From the NCBI GenBank assembly GCA_023920165.1, contig CP089274.1, positions 620,001 to 684,000 on the forward strand: 64,000 nt of DNA. The letters run 5' to 3'. The stretch comes from Curvularia clavata (lineage: Eukaryota). Position 1 is the stretch's first letter, and every line of letters starts with the position of its first letter. The notes under the pieces are model-generated. The model worked only from the letters and a program-made list of their open reading frames with translations, had not been told where the DNA came from and ran no database searches. The position numbers and the translations under genes are program-made. Positions 13,071-26,058 of the stretch are shown here, in pieces.

Positions 13071-15728
13071 ATGGCCATGCGACTACTAACCACCCTTTCA
13101 TGGGTTGCCCAAGGCGCCCTTGCGTCTACGACTACACTTGCTCACTGGAATGTCATATCCTCTGTGAAGGCCAGTGATGATCCGGTCAAACTCTCTCAAT
13201 CTGGCGTCGACACTTCATCATGGTATACTATTGGATCCGCAGCCACGCTCATGACCACCATGATCAACAACGCTGTGTACAACGAGACTGAGATTTTTTA
13301 TTCTACCAATCTGCAAAAGATTGACACAGCTCAATTCCAAGTCCCGTGGTACTATCGAACGGAGAAGATTGTGATATCCGAGAAGAAGCCAGAAGATTAC
13401 TATACTTTGATTACTCATGGCGTCTCCTCGAGAGCGGATATCTGGATCAACGGACAGCTTGTTGCAGACAAGGAGACGCAGGCTGGGTCTTATGGCGGAC
13501 TGGAATACGGCATAACTGATAAGCTTCAGCCAAAAAGCGCGCCAAACGTATTGCTGGTAAAGGCGTACCCAACAGACTACAACCGAGACCTGGCCCTTGG
13601 CTTCGTCGATTGGAATCCCTCACCTCCCGATAATGGCACAGGAATTTGGCGGCCATTTGAACTGAAAAAGTCAGGCCAAGTAAGACTTAGCACCCCAAGG
13701 ATTACTGCCCATGCTGCACTTGATGGAGGCATTGATGTCTTTGTGGACGTTAAGAACCTAGCAAAGAACAAGACTGTTGAGGGTAATGTTGCCTGCACTA
13801 TCTTCGACCCTAAAGCAAACGCAGTCTCGAGTGTTACTTCACCGTTCAAGCTCACCGGCGACCAGCAATCCATAGTCTCATCCAAGGCGAAAATAAACAA
13901 CCCTCAGCTTTGGTGGCCTTACCAGTGGGGTGGTCAACCATTGTACAGCATTCAGTGCAACGTTTCCACCTCCTCTGACCCTCTTTCCGACTCGACGCCG
14001 ACAACCGAATTTGGTATCCGCACAGTAACCTCTTCCTTGAACACCCAGTCTAATGATACTACCTTCTTCTTTAATGGCCAGCGGTTCCAAGTCCTGGGCG
14101 CGGGCTATACTTCTGATATCTTCCTGCGCTTCGACCCAGACCAGGTTGAACGGCAATTCCAATTGGTCAAGGATATGGGCCTCAACACTGTCCGGTTAGA
14201 AGGAAAACAGGAACGACCAGAACTCTACGAAATAGCCGACAGAATGGGCATTATGATCTTGGCTGGCTGGGAATGCTGTGATAAATGGGAAGGGTGGGAT
14301 TATAACGAGGATGGTAGCGGAGAAAAGTGGAAAGATCCTGACTATAAGATCGCGGAAGTGTCAATGAGGCATGAAGCGGAGATGATGCGACATCACCCCA
14401 GCATGCTGGGATTTCTGGTCGGAAGTGACTATTGGCCCAACGACCGGGCAACAAAGGTCTATGTCGACGCGCTCAACGCCACAAACTGGGACATCCCAAT
14501 CATAGCATCCGCAAGCCAACGCGGAGCACCCGACCTACTTGGTAACGGAGGTATGAAAATGGAGGGTCCCTACGACTGGGTCCCACCCAACTACTGGTAC
14601 GACCCAGAGCACCGTTTAGGTAGTGCAGCGGGTTTCGGATCTGAGCTGGGTGCAGGAGTAGGCACACCTGAGCTCAATTCTCTGCGCAAGTTCCTGTCTG
14701 CCTCCGACCTCGAGGACCTCTGGAAACAACCAAACAAAGGCCTCTACCACATGTCGACGGACGTCTCATCGTTCCACACTCGCGAGATCTACAATGCTGC
14801 TCTCTGGGCTCGCTATGGCGCACCCTCCAGCCTCTCCGACTACCTCATCAAGGCGCAAATGATGGACTACGAAGCCACACGCGCACAACTCGAAGCCTGG
14901 ATCAGTAATTGGAGCGAAGAAATCAAAAGACCCGCAACAGGCATGATATACTGGATGCTCAACAACGCCTGGCCCTCACTCCACTGGAACCTCTTCGACT
15001 ACTACCTTCGTCCCGCAGGCTCCTACTTCGGCACCAAAGACGCCATAGGTACATTCGAAACCCTAACTCTCAACTACGAATCCCAAGCCGTGTACCTCGT
15101 AAACCGGCGCCTAGCCAGCACCGCCACTCCACCCGACCAGCGCACCGTAGGCCTAGAAATCATGACCCTGAACGGCACTTTCATCGCACGGCAAAATACC
15201 AACGTCGTTACGAAACACAATTCCGCGTACGAAGTCATGAAGCTGCCCAATTGGCAGAATAAAACCACGGACTCCGTTGTCCTCGCTCGTCTGCGCCTCC
15301 ATCACGCGGATAAACCTCTAGTTAAGAAAACGTACTGGCTCGCACGCACAAACGATGTTATGGATTGGGATAATTCAACTTGGTACCATACACCTGTTAC
15401 TTCTTTTTCAAACTACACCGCTCTTGAGCGGCTGTCAAAGGCGAATGTGACGGTTGAGGTGCCCGAGGAACAAGGCCTCGCTGTGCGCCGCCTCACGCTG
15501 AGGAATGCGGCCAAGGTGCCGGCGGTGTTTGTGCGGTTGAACGTGGTGGATGCCGAGGGCAGGGATGTAGTGCCGCTGTTGTGGAGCAGCAATTATATCA
15601 CGCTTTGGCCGGGGGAGGAGGAAGTGGTGCAGGTTGAGCTGGGAAAGGGCGTGCAGTTGGGTAAGGGGGCGAGGGTGGTGGTGGATGGGAGGAATGTGGA
15701 TGAGCAGGTGGTGTCTCTGGGTTTGTGA
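13071..15728 (+). CDS. Glycoside hydrolase family 2, exo-beta-D-glucosaminidase-like
   Basis: VDWNPSPPD, GLNTVRLEGK, GWECCDKWE, FLVGSD, GPYDWVPPNYW, FGSELGAG and YWMLNNAWPSLHW. First ATG at 13071 (alternative 13077) with a probable signal peptide. Confidence 0.88.
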   Translation: MAMRLLTTLSWVAQGALASTTTLAHWNVISSVKASDDPVKLSQSGVDTSSWYTIGSAATLMTTMINNAVYNETEIFYSTNLQKIDTAQFQVPWYYRTEKIVISEKKPEDYYTLITHGVSSRADIWINGQLVADKETQAGSYGGLEYGITDKLQPKSAPNVLLVKAYPTDYNRDLALGFVDWNPSPPDNGTGIWRPFELKKSGQVRLSTPRITAHAALDGGIDVFVDVKNLAKNKTVEGNVACTIFDPKANAVSSVTSPFKLTGDQQSIVSSKAKINNPQLWWPYQWGGQPLYSIQCNVSTSSDPLSDSTPTTEFGIRTVTSSLNTQSNDTTFFFNGQRFQVLGAGYTSDIFLRFDPDQVERQFQLVKDMGLNTVRLEGKQERPELYEIADRMGIMILAGWECCDKWEGWDYNEDGSGEKWKDPDYKIAEVSMRHEAEMMRHHPSMLGFLVGSDYWPNDRATKVYVDALNATNWDIPIIASASQRGAPDLLGNGGMKMEGPYDWVPPNYWYDPEHRLGSAAGFGSELGAGVGTPELNSLRKFLSASDLEDLWKQPNKGLYHMSTDVSSFHTREIYNAALWARYGAPSSLSDYLIKAQMMDYEATRAQLEAWISNWSEEIKRPATGMIYWMLNNAWPSLHWNLFDYYLRPAGSYFGTKDAIGTFETLTLNYESQAVYLVNRRLASTATPPDQRTVGLEIMTLNGTFIARQNTNVVTKHNSAYEVMKLPNWQNKTTDSVVLARLRLHHADKPLVKKTYWLARTNDVMDWDNSTWYHTPVTSFSNYTALERLSKANVTVEVPEEQGLAVRRLTLRNAAKVPAVFVRLNVVDAEGRDVVPLLWSSNYITLWPGEEEVVQVELGKGVQLGKGARVVVDGRNVDEQVVSLGL

Positions 15729-16093
15729 AAACATGATACTTGTGTTTTTAAGATTTGAGTTTTCATTGAATTTATCTACTGTTGACATGTGGTATGTTTT
15801 TTGTAAACAAGGATATCATAAGGTTTTCCGCGCTCAACAACAAGATTCTTTTCGCTCTTAGTTGCAGATGGAGGGTGTGTTGGAGGACTCGGAATGGAAT
15901 AACGAGAGAGACCAGGTTCGGAACATTGAACTGCAGTGGCGACTTTTGCAAGGGGAATCTTCACATTCATGCTAGTCATTCTTCTCATCGACTCGGCTGT
16001 CTTTTCTAGTGGCCACGAAGGTCCATGAACGACCATGGCAAGGCATACCCTCCATTTGTTGTCTTGAAAGTAGGAGATAAGAACAAAACCCGC

Positions 16094-17430
16094 TCAGTCA
16101 GAAACCTCTCCGTGGTTTACAGACTTCTGGAGTGGCTCAACGAGTTTGCGTGAGGGACGGAAGATCTGAAGCTGGTTGTCCTCGGCAGCGCCCATCATGA
16201 GCCAAGGGTCGTTCTTATTCCAGTCGAAGTCGCAGATACGGTTGGTGAAGCCACCGTGCATGAAGAGGCTGTAATAGTCAGTATATTTTTTGCAAGCATA
16301 TTCGGCTCAACTTACAGTTCAGGGGGACCGTCCTCGGCCTCCTCCTCGGTCTGCTCAGAGCCAATCTTGCTGAGATCCCACATGCAAATGCGACGGTCGT
16401 AGCTGGAACTTGCAAGAATGGCAGCATCTTGTGGGTGCCATTGCAGACCGATGACATCTGCGCGATGGCTCTGCAGGCTGTGGAGCTTCTTTTCGAAATT
16501 TCTCAGATCCCAGATACCGACAGTCTTGTCCGCAGACCCTGTCGCGAAGGTGCTCTCAAACTCTGGGTGGAATGAAATGCAGTTGACCGCATCTTCGTGG
16601 GCTTCCTTCCTGTACAAAGCCTTCTTGTGCGTCTCCATACGGGTGTCGATGATTTGCCAGGTGAGGTCATCAGATGCGGTTCCAATGAGGAAGTTGTGGA
16701 TAGGGTGGTATTGAACATCGTTTACAGTCGCACTGTGAACCTGGTATGTCGCCGTGGGGCTGATGGTCTTGTTGCTTTTGGAGAAACCGGATTTGAGGTC
16801 CCAGGTCTTAACTGTGGTGTCCTCGTTACCAGTCACCAAGTGTCCTTCTTTGAGAGGACTCCAGCTCAGTCCAAAGCCCTCCTTGCTGTGTCCGACAAGC
16901 TCAGCCTCGAACTTGATAGAATCGTCCTTTGGTTGTAGTGGATGCTTGGTTCGATCGAAGACCAGGACTTTGCCATCCACGCACAAGGATGCTATTATGT
17001 CTGGGTTCTGAGGCTGGTATCGGGCCTTGTTGACTTCGCCTGGGTGGTTGATCTTCTGGACAATCTTAAAGTCAAAGGGCCGCTTCGCGTTGCCATGTCC
17101 GCCAATCTCTCCCCGCTCCTCGTTCAGCTCTGACAGATCGGGCTCGCGGAAGTCTGGTATTTCGCAGTGGGCGATCTGGAGGTAATTCTGCGCCTGGTTC
17201 GAGGTGTGGGTGCCGAGGATCACGCGGTGCTGGCTCATGTTTGTGCCTTCGACGGGCTTTTTGTCTGGAAGCCATTGGGTTGTGAGGGTGGGCCACTCGA
17301 GCGCGCGACCGTACAGCATGTCATAGAGGAATACAGAGTTCTTCTTCCATATCTTATACTCCTCATTGATGATCTTCTGTTCGACCTGCTCTTGGTCGTC
17401 CATCTCATGCGAATCGTGAGCGTCTGCCAT
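16094..17430 (-). CDS. HAT2: WD40 histone-binding subunit of HAT-B (RbAp46/48 family)
   Basis: INEEYKIWKKN, ALEWPTLTTQW and HPGEVNKARY. Intron 16315..16269 joins EDGPPEL to LFMHGG. Confidence 0.9.
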
Positions 17431-18130
17431 AGCGACGTTAGTGTCAACTCAAAGGATATTGCGATTGTTTATCTCGCTCAAGTCGTCTGCGGCATGGCTG
17501 TACAAACGATAGCTTTATGCTAGTTCTTGCACACTTATAACATTGCGCGCTGTGTATCACACCGGTGAACGAGGAACGCTCTTGGAGACAAATAAAGCTA
17601 GGACGGTGAATTGTCCAGCGTGTGGCGTCATTGATGTACTATCGCTGCAGACGACAGGCGTGCAAACTCTTGTGACTTACCGCTCATTGTCTCGTCCATT
17701 TTAGCTGTGGTTGAGTTATCACTGGGCGTTTGCGTTGCCAGAAAACACGTGCTGTCGCTGAACGTGGAGGTGTGAGGCGTGAAAGCTCCGGCGCACGACG
17801 CGATGCGACTTCGCGCGTTCAGGCCAATGGGCCGGGGTGCCGATCGGCGGGCGCCCCACTTGCTTGGCATGCGCCGTCAGTATACCCATCGCCTTTGCCA
17901 TCTTTACTTGACCTCTTTGAAGACCCCAGCGTCGAGAACCGCCACTCCTCCCTTTCTGCTGCCTCTGCACCCTCAGCGCCTTTGCGCGCCTCTCGCTGCT
18001 CCTGCCGGACCTCTTTTTGCTCGTTTTTTTGCGGCACAAATTGCTTACCAAGTAACCCAGTCATAGGTCGCATTGCCGCCTTGCCTCCCTCCCATACATT
18101 TCTCAGCCATTGCTCGACAGCGCAGCAGCC

Positions 18131-21100
18131 ATGGGTGTCCCCAAATTCTTTCGATGGATGTCCGAACGGTATCCGGGCATCTCGCAACTCATTGCCGAGA
18201 ACCGCATCCCCGAGTTCGACTGTCTTTATGTAAGAGACTCCATGCTGTCATTGATGCCCAGGTCTAACAGGTACAGCTTGATATGAACGGTATCATCCAC
18301 AATTGTACACACAACGATTCCGACAGCGTCACCGCCCGCAAATCGGAAGAGCAAATGTTTATCAGCATCTTCAACTACATTGAACACCTGTTTGGCAAAA
18401 TCAAGCCCAAGCAGCTCTTCTTCATGGCCATCGATGGTGTCGCCCCGCGCGCCAAGATGAACCAGCAGCGCGCGCGACGCTTCCGAACAGCTCTCGATGC
18501 TGAAAAGGCTCGGGAAAAGGCTATCCGCGAAGGCGTCGAGATGCCGGCTGAGGAGGCGTTCGACAGCAACTGCATCACCCCAGGCACTGCGTTCATGGCC
18601 AAGCTCACGCAGCAGCTCAAGTACTTCATCAACAAGAAGGTCTCCGAGGACATCGACTGGCAGGGCGTGGAAGTCGTGCTGTCAGGCCACGAGGTCCCCG
18701 GAGAGGGCGAGCACAAGATCATGGAATACATCCGTCAGGCAAAGGCGCAGCCGGGGTACGACCCGAATCGCCGCCATTGCTTGTATGGTCTTGATGCAGA
18801 CTTGATCATGTTGGGTCTGCTCAGCCATGACCCCCACTTCAGCTTGCTGCGAGAAGAGGTGACTTTTGGTCGCCAGAGCCAGACCAAGTCCAAGGAATTG
18901 GAGCACCAGAACTTTTACCTAATGCACCTCTGCATCGTTCGGGAGTACTTGGAACTCGAATTTCAAGAACTTGAGGAGCCCGGCGCCCTCAGCTTTCCGT
19001 TTGACATGGAGCGTGTTATTGACGACTTTATCCTAATGGCTTTCTTTGTCGGTAACGATTTCCTTCCCAATCTTCCCCATTTGCATATTAATGAAGGCGC
19101 CTTGGCCCTGATGTTCAACGTTTACAAGACGGTTCTACCCAAGGGTAAGGGATACATCAATGAAGGAGGTGTCATCAACATGGAGCGCTTAGCTGTATTG
19201 TTGGATGAACTCGCAAACATTGAATACCGTCATTTCGAATCCGAAAATGCCGACGCCGCTTGGTTTAAGGGCAAGAGTCTCGAGAAGGAGGATGTAATGA
19301 AGAAGACGGCGAAACGTGGCACAGTCGTCATGACTACTCAACAAAAGGCTTTGTTCGGGCAAGTTAAGAACTGGCTGGACACTTACCTCAAGGAGCAGGC
19401 TCCCCTGGATCTTTCTGTTTCTCTGCGAGCAGAGGATCGAAAATTTGTCCAAGAGCTTGCAGAGAAGCTTCATCTACCCTGGAAAACTGTTCAGAACGAG
19501 GACGGCGATCGTCATCTTCAGATCAACCCTCCTCCTAAGCTGGTCGAGGGTGATTCAGATGAGGAAGACGAAATGGACGACGAATCTGCCAAGGCAATTG
19601 CACGTGTTGTGCAGAAATACGAGCAGGCCAAGGTTGTCGATATTTCACCTGAGGACGCTCAGTCTGATATGCAAAAGAAGTACGATGAAAAGTTCGAGGC
19701 TTGGAAGAACAACTACTACAAGAGCAAATTCGACTGGGATCGCAGCAACGAGGAAGAACTTCGCAAGCTGACGGAGAACTACGTCCAAGGACTGCAGTGG
19801 GTTCTCTACTACTACTACCGGGGAGTGGCATCGTGGCCGTGGTACTACGGCTACCACTATTCGCCTATGATCTCTGATGTCAAGCGGGGTTTGAAGGCAG
19901 ACATCAACTTCAAACTTGGTCAGCCGTTCAAGCCTTACCAGCAGTTGATGGGTGTTCTTCCCGACCGCAGTAAGAGTATTGTACCGAAAGCCTACCACCC
20001 CCTCATGACGAGCGAGGACTCCCCTATCATCGATTTCTACCCTCGGGATTTCTCTTTGGATATGAACGGAAAGAAGCAGGATTGGGAAGCCGTTGTCAAG
20101 ATTCCATTCATTCAGGAAGATCGCTTGCTGAAGGCCATGGCTACGAAAGAGGACCAATTGACTCCAGATGAGAAAGCCCGCAATACATTCGGTGTATCGC
20201 TCAAGTTTAGTTACGCCAAGGACCTCGACTTCGTTTACCCGTCGTCTCTGCCAGGCATTTTCCCCGACCTTCCGCACTGCAAATGTATCGAGAATATTTT
20301 CGATTTGCCCACCATGGAAGGATTGGAGTATTACATCGGTCTCATGGATGGTGTCAAGATGGGTGCAGAGGCCTTGGCGGGTTTCCCTAGTCTGAAAGTC
20401 CTCCCGTTCCACGGGAAGCTTGAGTTCGCAGGCGTCAACGTTTTCCAACAGGACAGCAGGAATGAAAGCATGGTCATTACACTGCTGGACACTGCGCCTC
20501 GACAGTCGGTTTCGCACGCACAAGAAAAGCTAGGAAAGGCTGTTCATGTCGGATACCCATTCCTGCACGAGGCAAAGGTAGTCAAGGTGTCAGATGAGTT
20601 ATTCGACTATGTACTCCCTGAGAGTGGTCCACCCGTTCCTGTTGCCATTCCACATGGACCCCAAGAAATCTCTGAATGGAAGAAGACGGCGAACCGCATC
20701 GAAACCCAATACAGCAAGCGACTCGGTATCAACATCGGAGAGATTGAGTCGCTCGTGCATGTAGAAATGCTCAAAGGACTACGGAAGACTGATGAGGGTG
20801 CAACAATCAAGGAATATGGTGAGGTTGCTGGGCTGCAGGCCGAGTATGCAACCCAGACCATAGTCGACGAGGTTGCCAGCCCTGACGCTCGATTCCTGGA
20901 AAAGGAGGCTCTACCCATTGAGGAAGAGTTCCCTGTTGGTGCTAGAGCTTTCTATCTTGGAGATTATGCCTACGGTCGCCCTCTGCAAGTCATCGACCAC
21001 GCCGACAACAAGGCCACGATCATGGTAGCTAAGCTCAAGAAACCGGAGCCACAGTTCGGACGCGAGGTTGTGGCCAAGGCTGAAAAGGCTACTCCTTACC

Positions 21101-22473
21101 TGCCGTCTTACATTGTGGCTAAACAGCTTAACATGCCACCACTTGCTCTGTCGAAGCTCACATCGTCCTTCAATGTCAACTCCAGTGGCCTTAAGCTCAA
21201 TCTTGGCCTGAACCTTAAGTTCGAGGCGAAGAAACTAAAGGTCTTGGGATACTCAAGGAAGTCGCCTAACGGATGGGAGTACAGCCAGAAGGCTATGGCT
21301 CTGCTTGCCAGCTACATGATCAAGTTTCCCGAATTTGTGGCTGCCATTATCAACAACCCTACAGGAGATGGCTGGGAAGACACTGACTTTTACCCACCTG
21401 AGATCGCAAAACAAAAAGTCAAGGAGATTGGAGCTTGGTTGAAGGAGGTCCAAACTAAGAGTTTTGAGAAGGTTCCCTTGGATGCTGAACAGCTTGATTC
21501 CGACACCGTCAAGCTGATTGAGCAGGCCGCGGATGCCAACCTCCCCCTCACCCAAGACGTTGAGCCTAAGAAGGTCTCAAAGGTGCCCCGTGTCGCCTTA
21601 TTGAAGCCGTCAGACGCAGAGCAACGATTGGGCCACCAGACCTTCAGCATTGGCGACCGCATTGTCTATGTCCAGGATTCCGGAAGAGTACCAATTGGAT
21701 CTTCGGGTACCGTTGTCGGCAAGACACGCACAGCTCGTGTGCTATTGCTGGACGTCGTCTTTGATACAACATTCATGAGTGGCACCTCTCTTGGCGACCG
21801 CTGCTCTCCGTTCAGGGGATCTACTGTTCCAGCAACTGCTGTCCTCAACATGACTGATCAGCAGGTTGTTCACTACTCAAGTGCTGCTGCTGCCAGGCGC
21901 CCACAGCAAGCACAACAGTCATACACTATGCCCCGTATTGGTGTTCCCGGCGGACCTCAGCTGGTACCAGCAAGCACACCACCGCCTCTCCGTGGTTCCT
22001 ACCGAGGAGCGTTCGGCAACATCAATGGACGTGGAGGTGGCATGGCTCCCCGGCAAAGCCCGGCTCCTCAAGGTCAACAACAAACCCTACCGATTCATGG
22101 TGGACCGCCCCGTGGCGGCCGCGGTGGTCATGCGCCTCGTGGTGGCCAAACCAACGGCCAACGTTCTCAAGAAAATCATCATGTTCCAAATGGAAATCAT
22201 CGCGGCAATCTCCGAGGCGGTTCTGCGGATTTTGTGCCTCGCGGACGAGGAGGTTTCAAGGGCAACCGTGGCGGCTTTACTATCGTCGACAACACTGATC
22301 CAGCTGAGGGTGTCGTTCCAAACAACCCCAACTTTCAACCACGAAACTACTCCCACGTTCCACCTCCGGCCAACCTGGACACTGGACGTGGCGGAAGGGG
22401 TCGGGGACGTGGACGTGGAGGACCTCGTGGCCGAGGCGGTCCCAGGGGCGGCGCACCTTCTGCTGCCCAGTAG
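18131..22473 (+). CDS. XRN1: 5'-3' exoribonuclease 1
   Basis: MGVPKFFRWMSERYP; intron 18230..18276 gives FDCLY|LDMNGIIH. Also AIDGVAPRAKMNQQR, PGEGEHKIM, YGLDADL and a long C-terminus with an RGG tail. Confidence 0.96.
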
Positions 22474-22854
22474 AGTACTTTACTGAAACGTAGGGAGCCT
22501 TACATTTGGTGCATGTGGATCTACAAATGAACGTAAAGACTCGTGTGTTATAACATGGCGTCATCGCGTTCATACCGCAATGTGTGTAGATCGAGTAGGT
22601 ACTGTAGATAAGTTCACGCACCAAACCCTAGTGTAAAAATCAAGAAAATATCCCACTATATGCGGTTGATCCATTTGTTCTTTTACTTCATCATTCGTGA
22701 ACACGTGCAACTACTCTGCCATACGCTTCTGCCCCGTGGCTACTCAGCCCTATAGCTAGTGAGAACCATCTCTCATCCTTGATTTCCAGAGAGCCTATCG
22801 ATATCAGATGAGTCCATACACAAGTGTTAAACCATTTGAACCTACCATCTCCTC

Positions 22855-23112
22855 CTATAGTGTAGGTCCCAACAGCACCGCTGCACATGCAGCCTGACAG
22901 GTCCCAAAAGCAGAGTTGCAGGCGATAATGCTGGCCGGAGCTGTAGCACCCATCGTAGCTCCCCAGGTATAGCCAGCTGCTGCGTAGCATGCCATGACGA
23001 CGGAAGCACAGCCCGCTTGGCAGATACCGTAGCCGATGTGGCCGGCAGAGACTCGGCCAGTGGTAAAGGTGAGGAGAGCGACGCTTGCTTTGGTGATGGT
23101 GGTTGACTTCAT
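22855..23112 (-). CDS. Small secreted cysteine-rich protein (85 aa)
   Basis: Signal-peptide-like 23 aa followed by 62 aa with a Cx3Cx6C...Cx6Cx3C pattern. Confidence 0.75.
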   Translation of the reverse strand: MKSTTITKASVALLTFTTGRVSAGHIGYGICQAGCASVVMACYAAAGYTWGATMGATAPASIIACNSAFGTCQAACAAVLLGPTL

Positions 23113-23867
23113 CGTGGAAGTGTCTTGGATTGGTTTGTGGGTGGGTGTTGGATTGGTGGGAAGAAGTTTGTGGAGGTTGAAGTTGAAGTTGGTACTTAAG
23201 ATCTGGAGCTTCACAGGATAGAGCTGTTGACTACAGTGTAGAGATCTTGGTTAGCATAAAGGGAATCGACAAGGGTCTGCTTGTTTGCTTGTCCGCTGGA
23301 ATCTTGTATGGTATTCGCGAAGTGAGACGCATGCACTTGAACATGAGTAAATGAAACTTTGAGATTGAGATACGGGCGTGTTAAAACTGGTCTTATTGGA
23401 AATTTCACTGTTTACGGAAATTTACCGAGTGTGCTGTGTATGTGTGGTGAAGTTCGGGTTTTCAATATACATAAATTCGTTACAGAAGACTTGTAGAGAC
23501 AAAAGTCCTTAGAATCTACGTTCCATTGCTACGTCCGAAGCACACCGATCGAAGATGAGCGCTGATCCTAAGATAAAGCTGTGAGACGTATGTGAGTGAC
23601 CAATCGATGTTCCATAGAAAAGTAGAATAATTTATCTTTTGAAGCAAGCGGCTCCAAGCGGGAGCCGAGTGATCAGATCAGATCCGCTAATACCCAAAAG
23701 AGCAACAAGCCATGCGAGCTTATCTTGAACAACCCCATGCCATTGAGCCACTAGATCTTAGCTTCCGTCACATACGTCATGGCTAAATCCGATCTCAGAC
23801 TTCAAGACTAGAGACATGGGGACGCATTGCGCATCTTCTTCTTTTGGAACTCTTACATTACAGAATC

Positions 23868-26058
23868 ATGTGTGGCATCACTTGCGCGGTTGCATTGCGG
23901 GGTCATGGGCCACTAGCAAAGGAGCGGAGCGAGTTGAGCAAAACCTTGGAAGAGAGTCTGGATACTATCAAACATCGCGGACCGGACGCCAATGGACATT
24001 GGATTAGCGAAAACTGTCGCGTGGGTACGTGAATATCCTATGGAAGTTGTTTCAGTAACGGCACGTGATTGACACCTGCTATTTTACAGCTCTTGGCCAC
24101 AATCGACTAGCGATTGTCGACCTCAATCCAGAAGGCGAGCAGCCATTCCATGATCCGGAAGGAAATATCCATGCAGTAGTGAATGGCGAGCTTTATGGAT
24201 ACGAAGAGATCAGAGAAGCTCTCAGTCGTGAAGGCTACAAATTCAAGAGCCGTTCAGACTCGGAGATTGCACTAGCACTTTATAAGAAGCATGGCTTGTC
24301 ATTCTTGTCACACTTGCGTGGAGAGTTCTCGTTGTGTCTCTATGACTCTCTCGCTCAGACATTCATTGCCGCTTGTGATCGGTATGCGATCAAGCCAATG
24401 TACTATACCATCCTGAATGGGAAGCTTTTGGTATGGTTATGCTCACTTCGATCCAGCCCCGGTGATATTTACACTCGTTATCTAGGTTGCTTCTGAGATC
24501 AAAGCCTTCCTTCCGTTTCGTTGGAAACCGGAATGGGACGTGCAGAGTATCAAAGATGTTGGCTGGCTCTGCGACGGACGGACCATCTTCCAGGGCGTGT
24601 CGAAGATATTGCCTGGCCATTATTTGGTGTGCAGATCTTTCAGGACAATATCGCAATACCAATACTGGGATGTTCAATTCAAAGACAAGGTACTTTGTAG
24701 CTTTTTAAAGAAGAAGCACTACTGACGAGTTGCAGCGAGAAGTGGAAACAAGGAGTGAGCAGGAAATGATCGAGGGCGTCCGCCAACGACTGCTAGACGC
24801 GGTTCGAGACCGTCTTCGCGCCGACGTACCCATTGGAGTATTTTTGAGTGGCGGCATCGACTCCAGTGCAATAGCAGGAATGGTCAAGCATTTGATGGAT
24901 ACTGAAGGCGCGCGACTAGGTACCGCGCCAGCTTCCGAGCGGATGAATTGCTTCAGTGTCAAGTTTATAGGCGAAGAACACGACGAAGAGCCTATCGCTC
25001 GCCGAACTGCCAAATGGCTTGGAGTAAAGATGCATCATTGCGAGATGACTGAGGAAAATTTCGCTGCCAACATTGAAAACGCAGTTTGGCACAACGAGGC
25101 TGCCGTGACGGATCTAGGTACAGTGGGGAAGTTCTTGTTGTCCAAGACTACCAGTGATGCGGGTATCAAAGTAGTCTTAACCGGCGAGGGCTCAGATGAG
25201 CATTTTGCCGGGTATCGCGAGCTTCTTACCGACTTTGTTCGCGAAACTGATGCATCATGGCCAAATACCGCACTCTCGGAGGAAGATCGCATAGCCACCT
25301 TCAACGAGCTTGAAGGCTCAGAGACATCTGGACCCAAGGACCTCTCAACATCCGCTGCGGTGCGTGCCCAGGTAAACAATACTTCCTTTCTTGGCTTTAC
25401 CCAGACCGCCTCCCTCCGCGATGCTCTGTTCGCACCTTGGGTATCGAGTGAGTTCGGCACAAGTGACAAACGTCTAACGGCCGTCAACTCCATCGATGGC
25501 TGCACTCGTGACCTCGTGACGAATAAATGGCACCCGTTACACACATCGCTTTACATCTGGACCAAATCGAGCCTCGCAAACGGTCTCCTCACCGTCCTCG
25601 GCGACCGCTGTGAGATGGCTCACAGTGTGGAGGGCCGTCAACCATTTCTCGATCATCGCCTTACAGAATACGCCATGGCGCTGCCACCCTCCATGAAGCT
25701 AAACTATGACCCTACGACTCGCTCATTCAACGAGAAGTGGATTCTTAAGGAAGCAATGAAGCCGTTCATTACTCCGGAGCTGTATGCCCGTAAGAAACAC
25801 CCTTTCTCCGCTCCTGTACAGTATCAACCGGACGGCCCTGTTCACAAATTTTTTGCGAGGCTGATAACAAAGGAGAATGTGGAGAACTTGGGATTCTTGG
25901 AATGGGACAAGTGCAAGGGCTTGCTTCATGATGCCATTTACGATGGAAGCAGACCAAAATGGAGCCAGATGATCCTCGTGGGACAGTTTATCATTTTGAG
26001 CAACAGGTTTGGGGTTAAGAAAGCGACACCAGAGTACGCAAGTCGTGACCGCTGCTGA
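23868..26058 (+). CDS. Asparagine synthase (glutamine-hydrolysing)-like amidotransferase, AsnB family
   Basis: MCGI with the Ntn Cys, HRGPD, LGHNRLAIVD, NGELY, SEIKAF, LSGGIDSS, TGEGSDE and EGRQPFLD. Introns 24025..24089, 24431..24485 and 24690..24735. Confidence 0.9.

Noticed and set aside
15430..15728. Abrupt switch from C-rich to G-rich sequence at gene 3' ends (also in the acyl-CoA dehydrogenase)
   Set aside because: It recurs in several genes with intact frames, so it looks like a general compositional trend rather than an insertion.
22380..22450. RGG-repeat tail of Xrn1
   Set aside because: An ordinary low-complexity tail for an RNA-granule protein.
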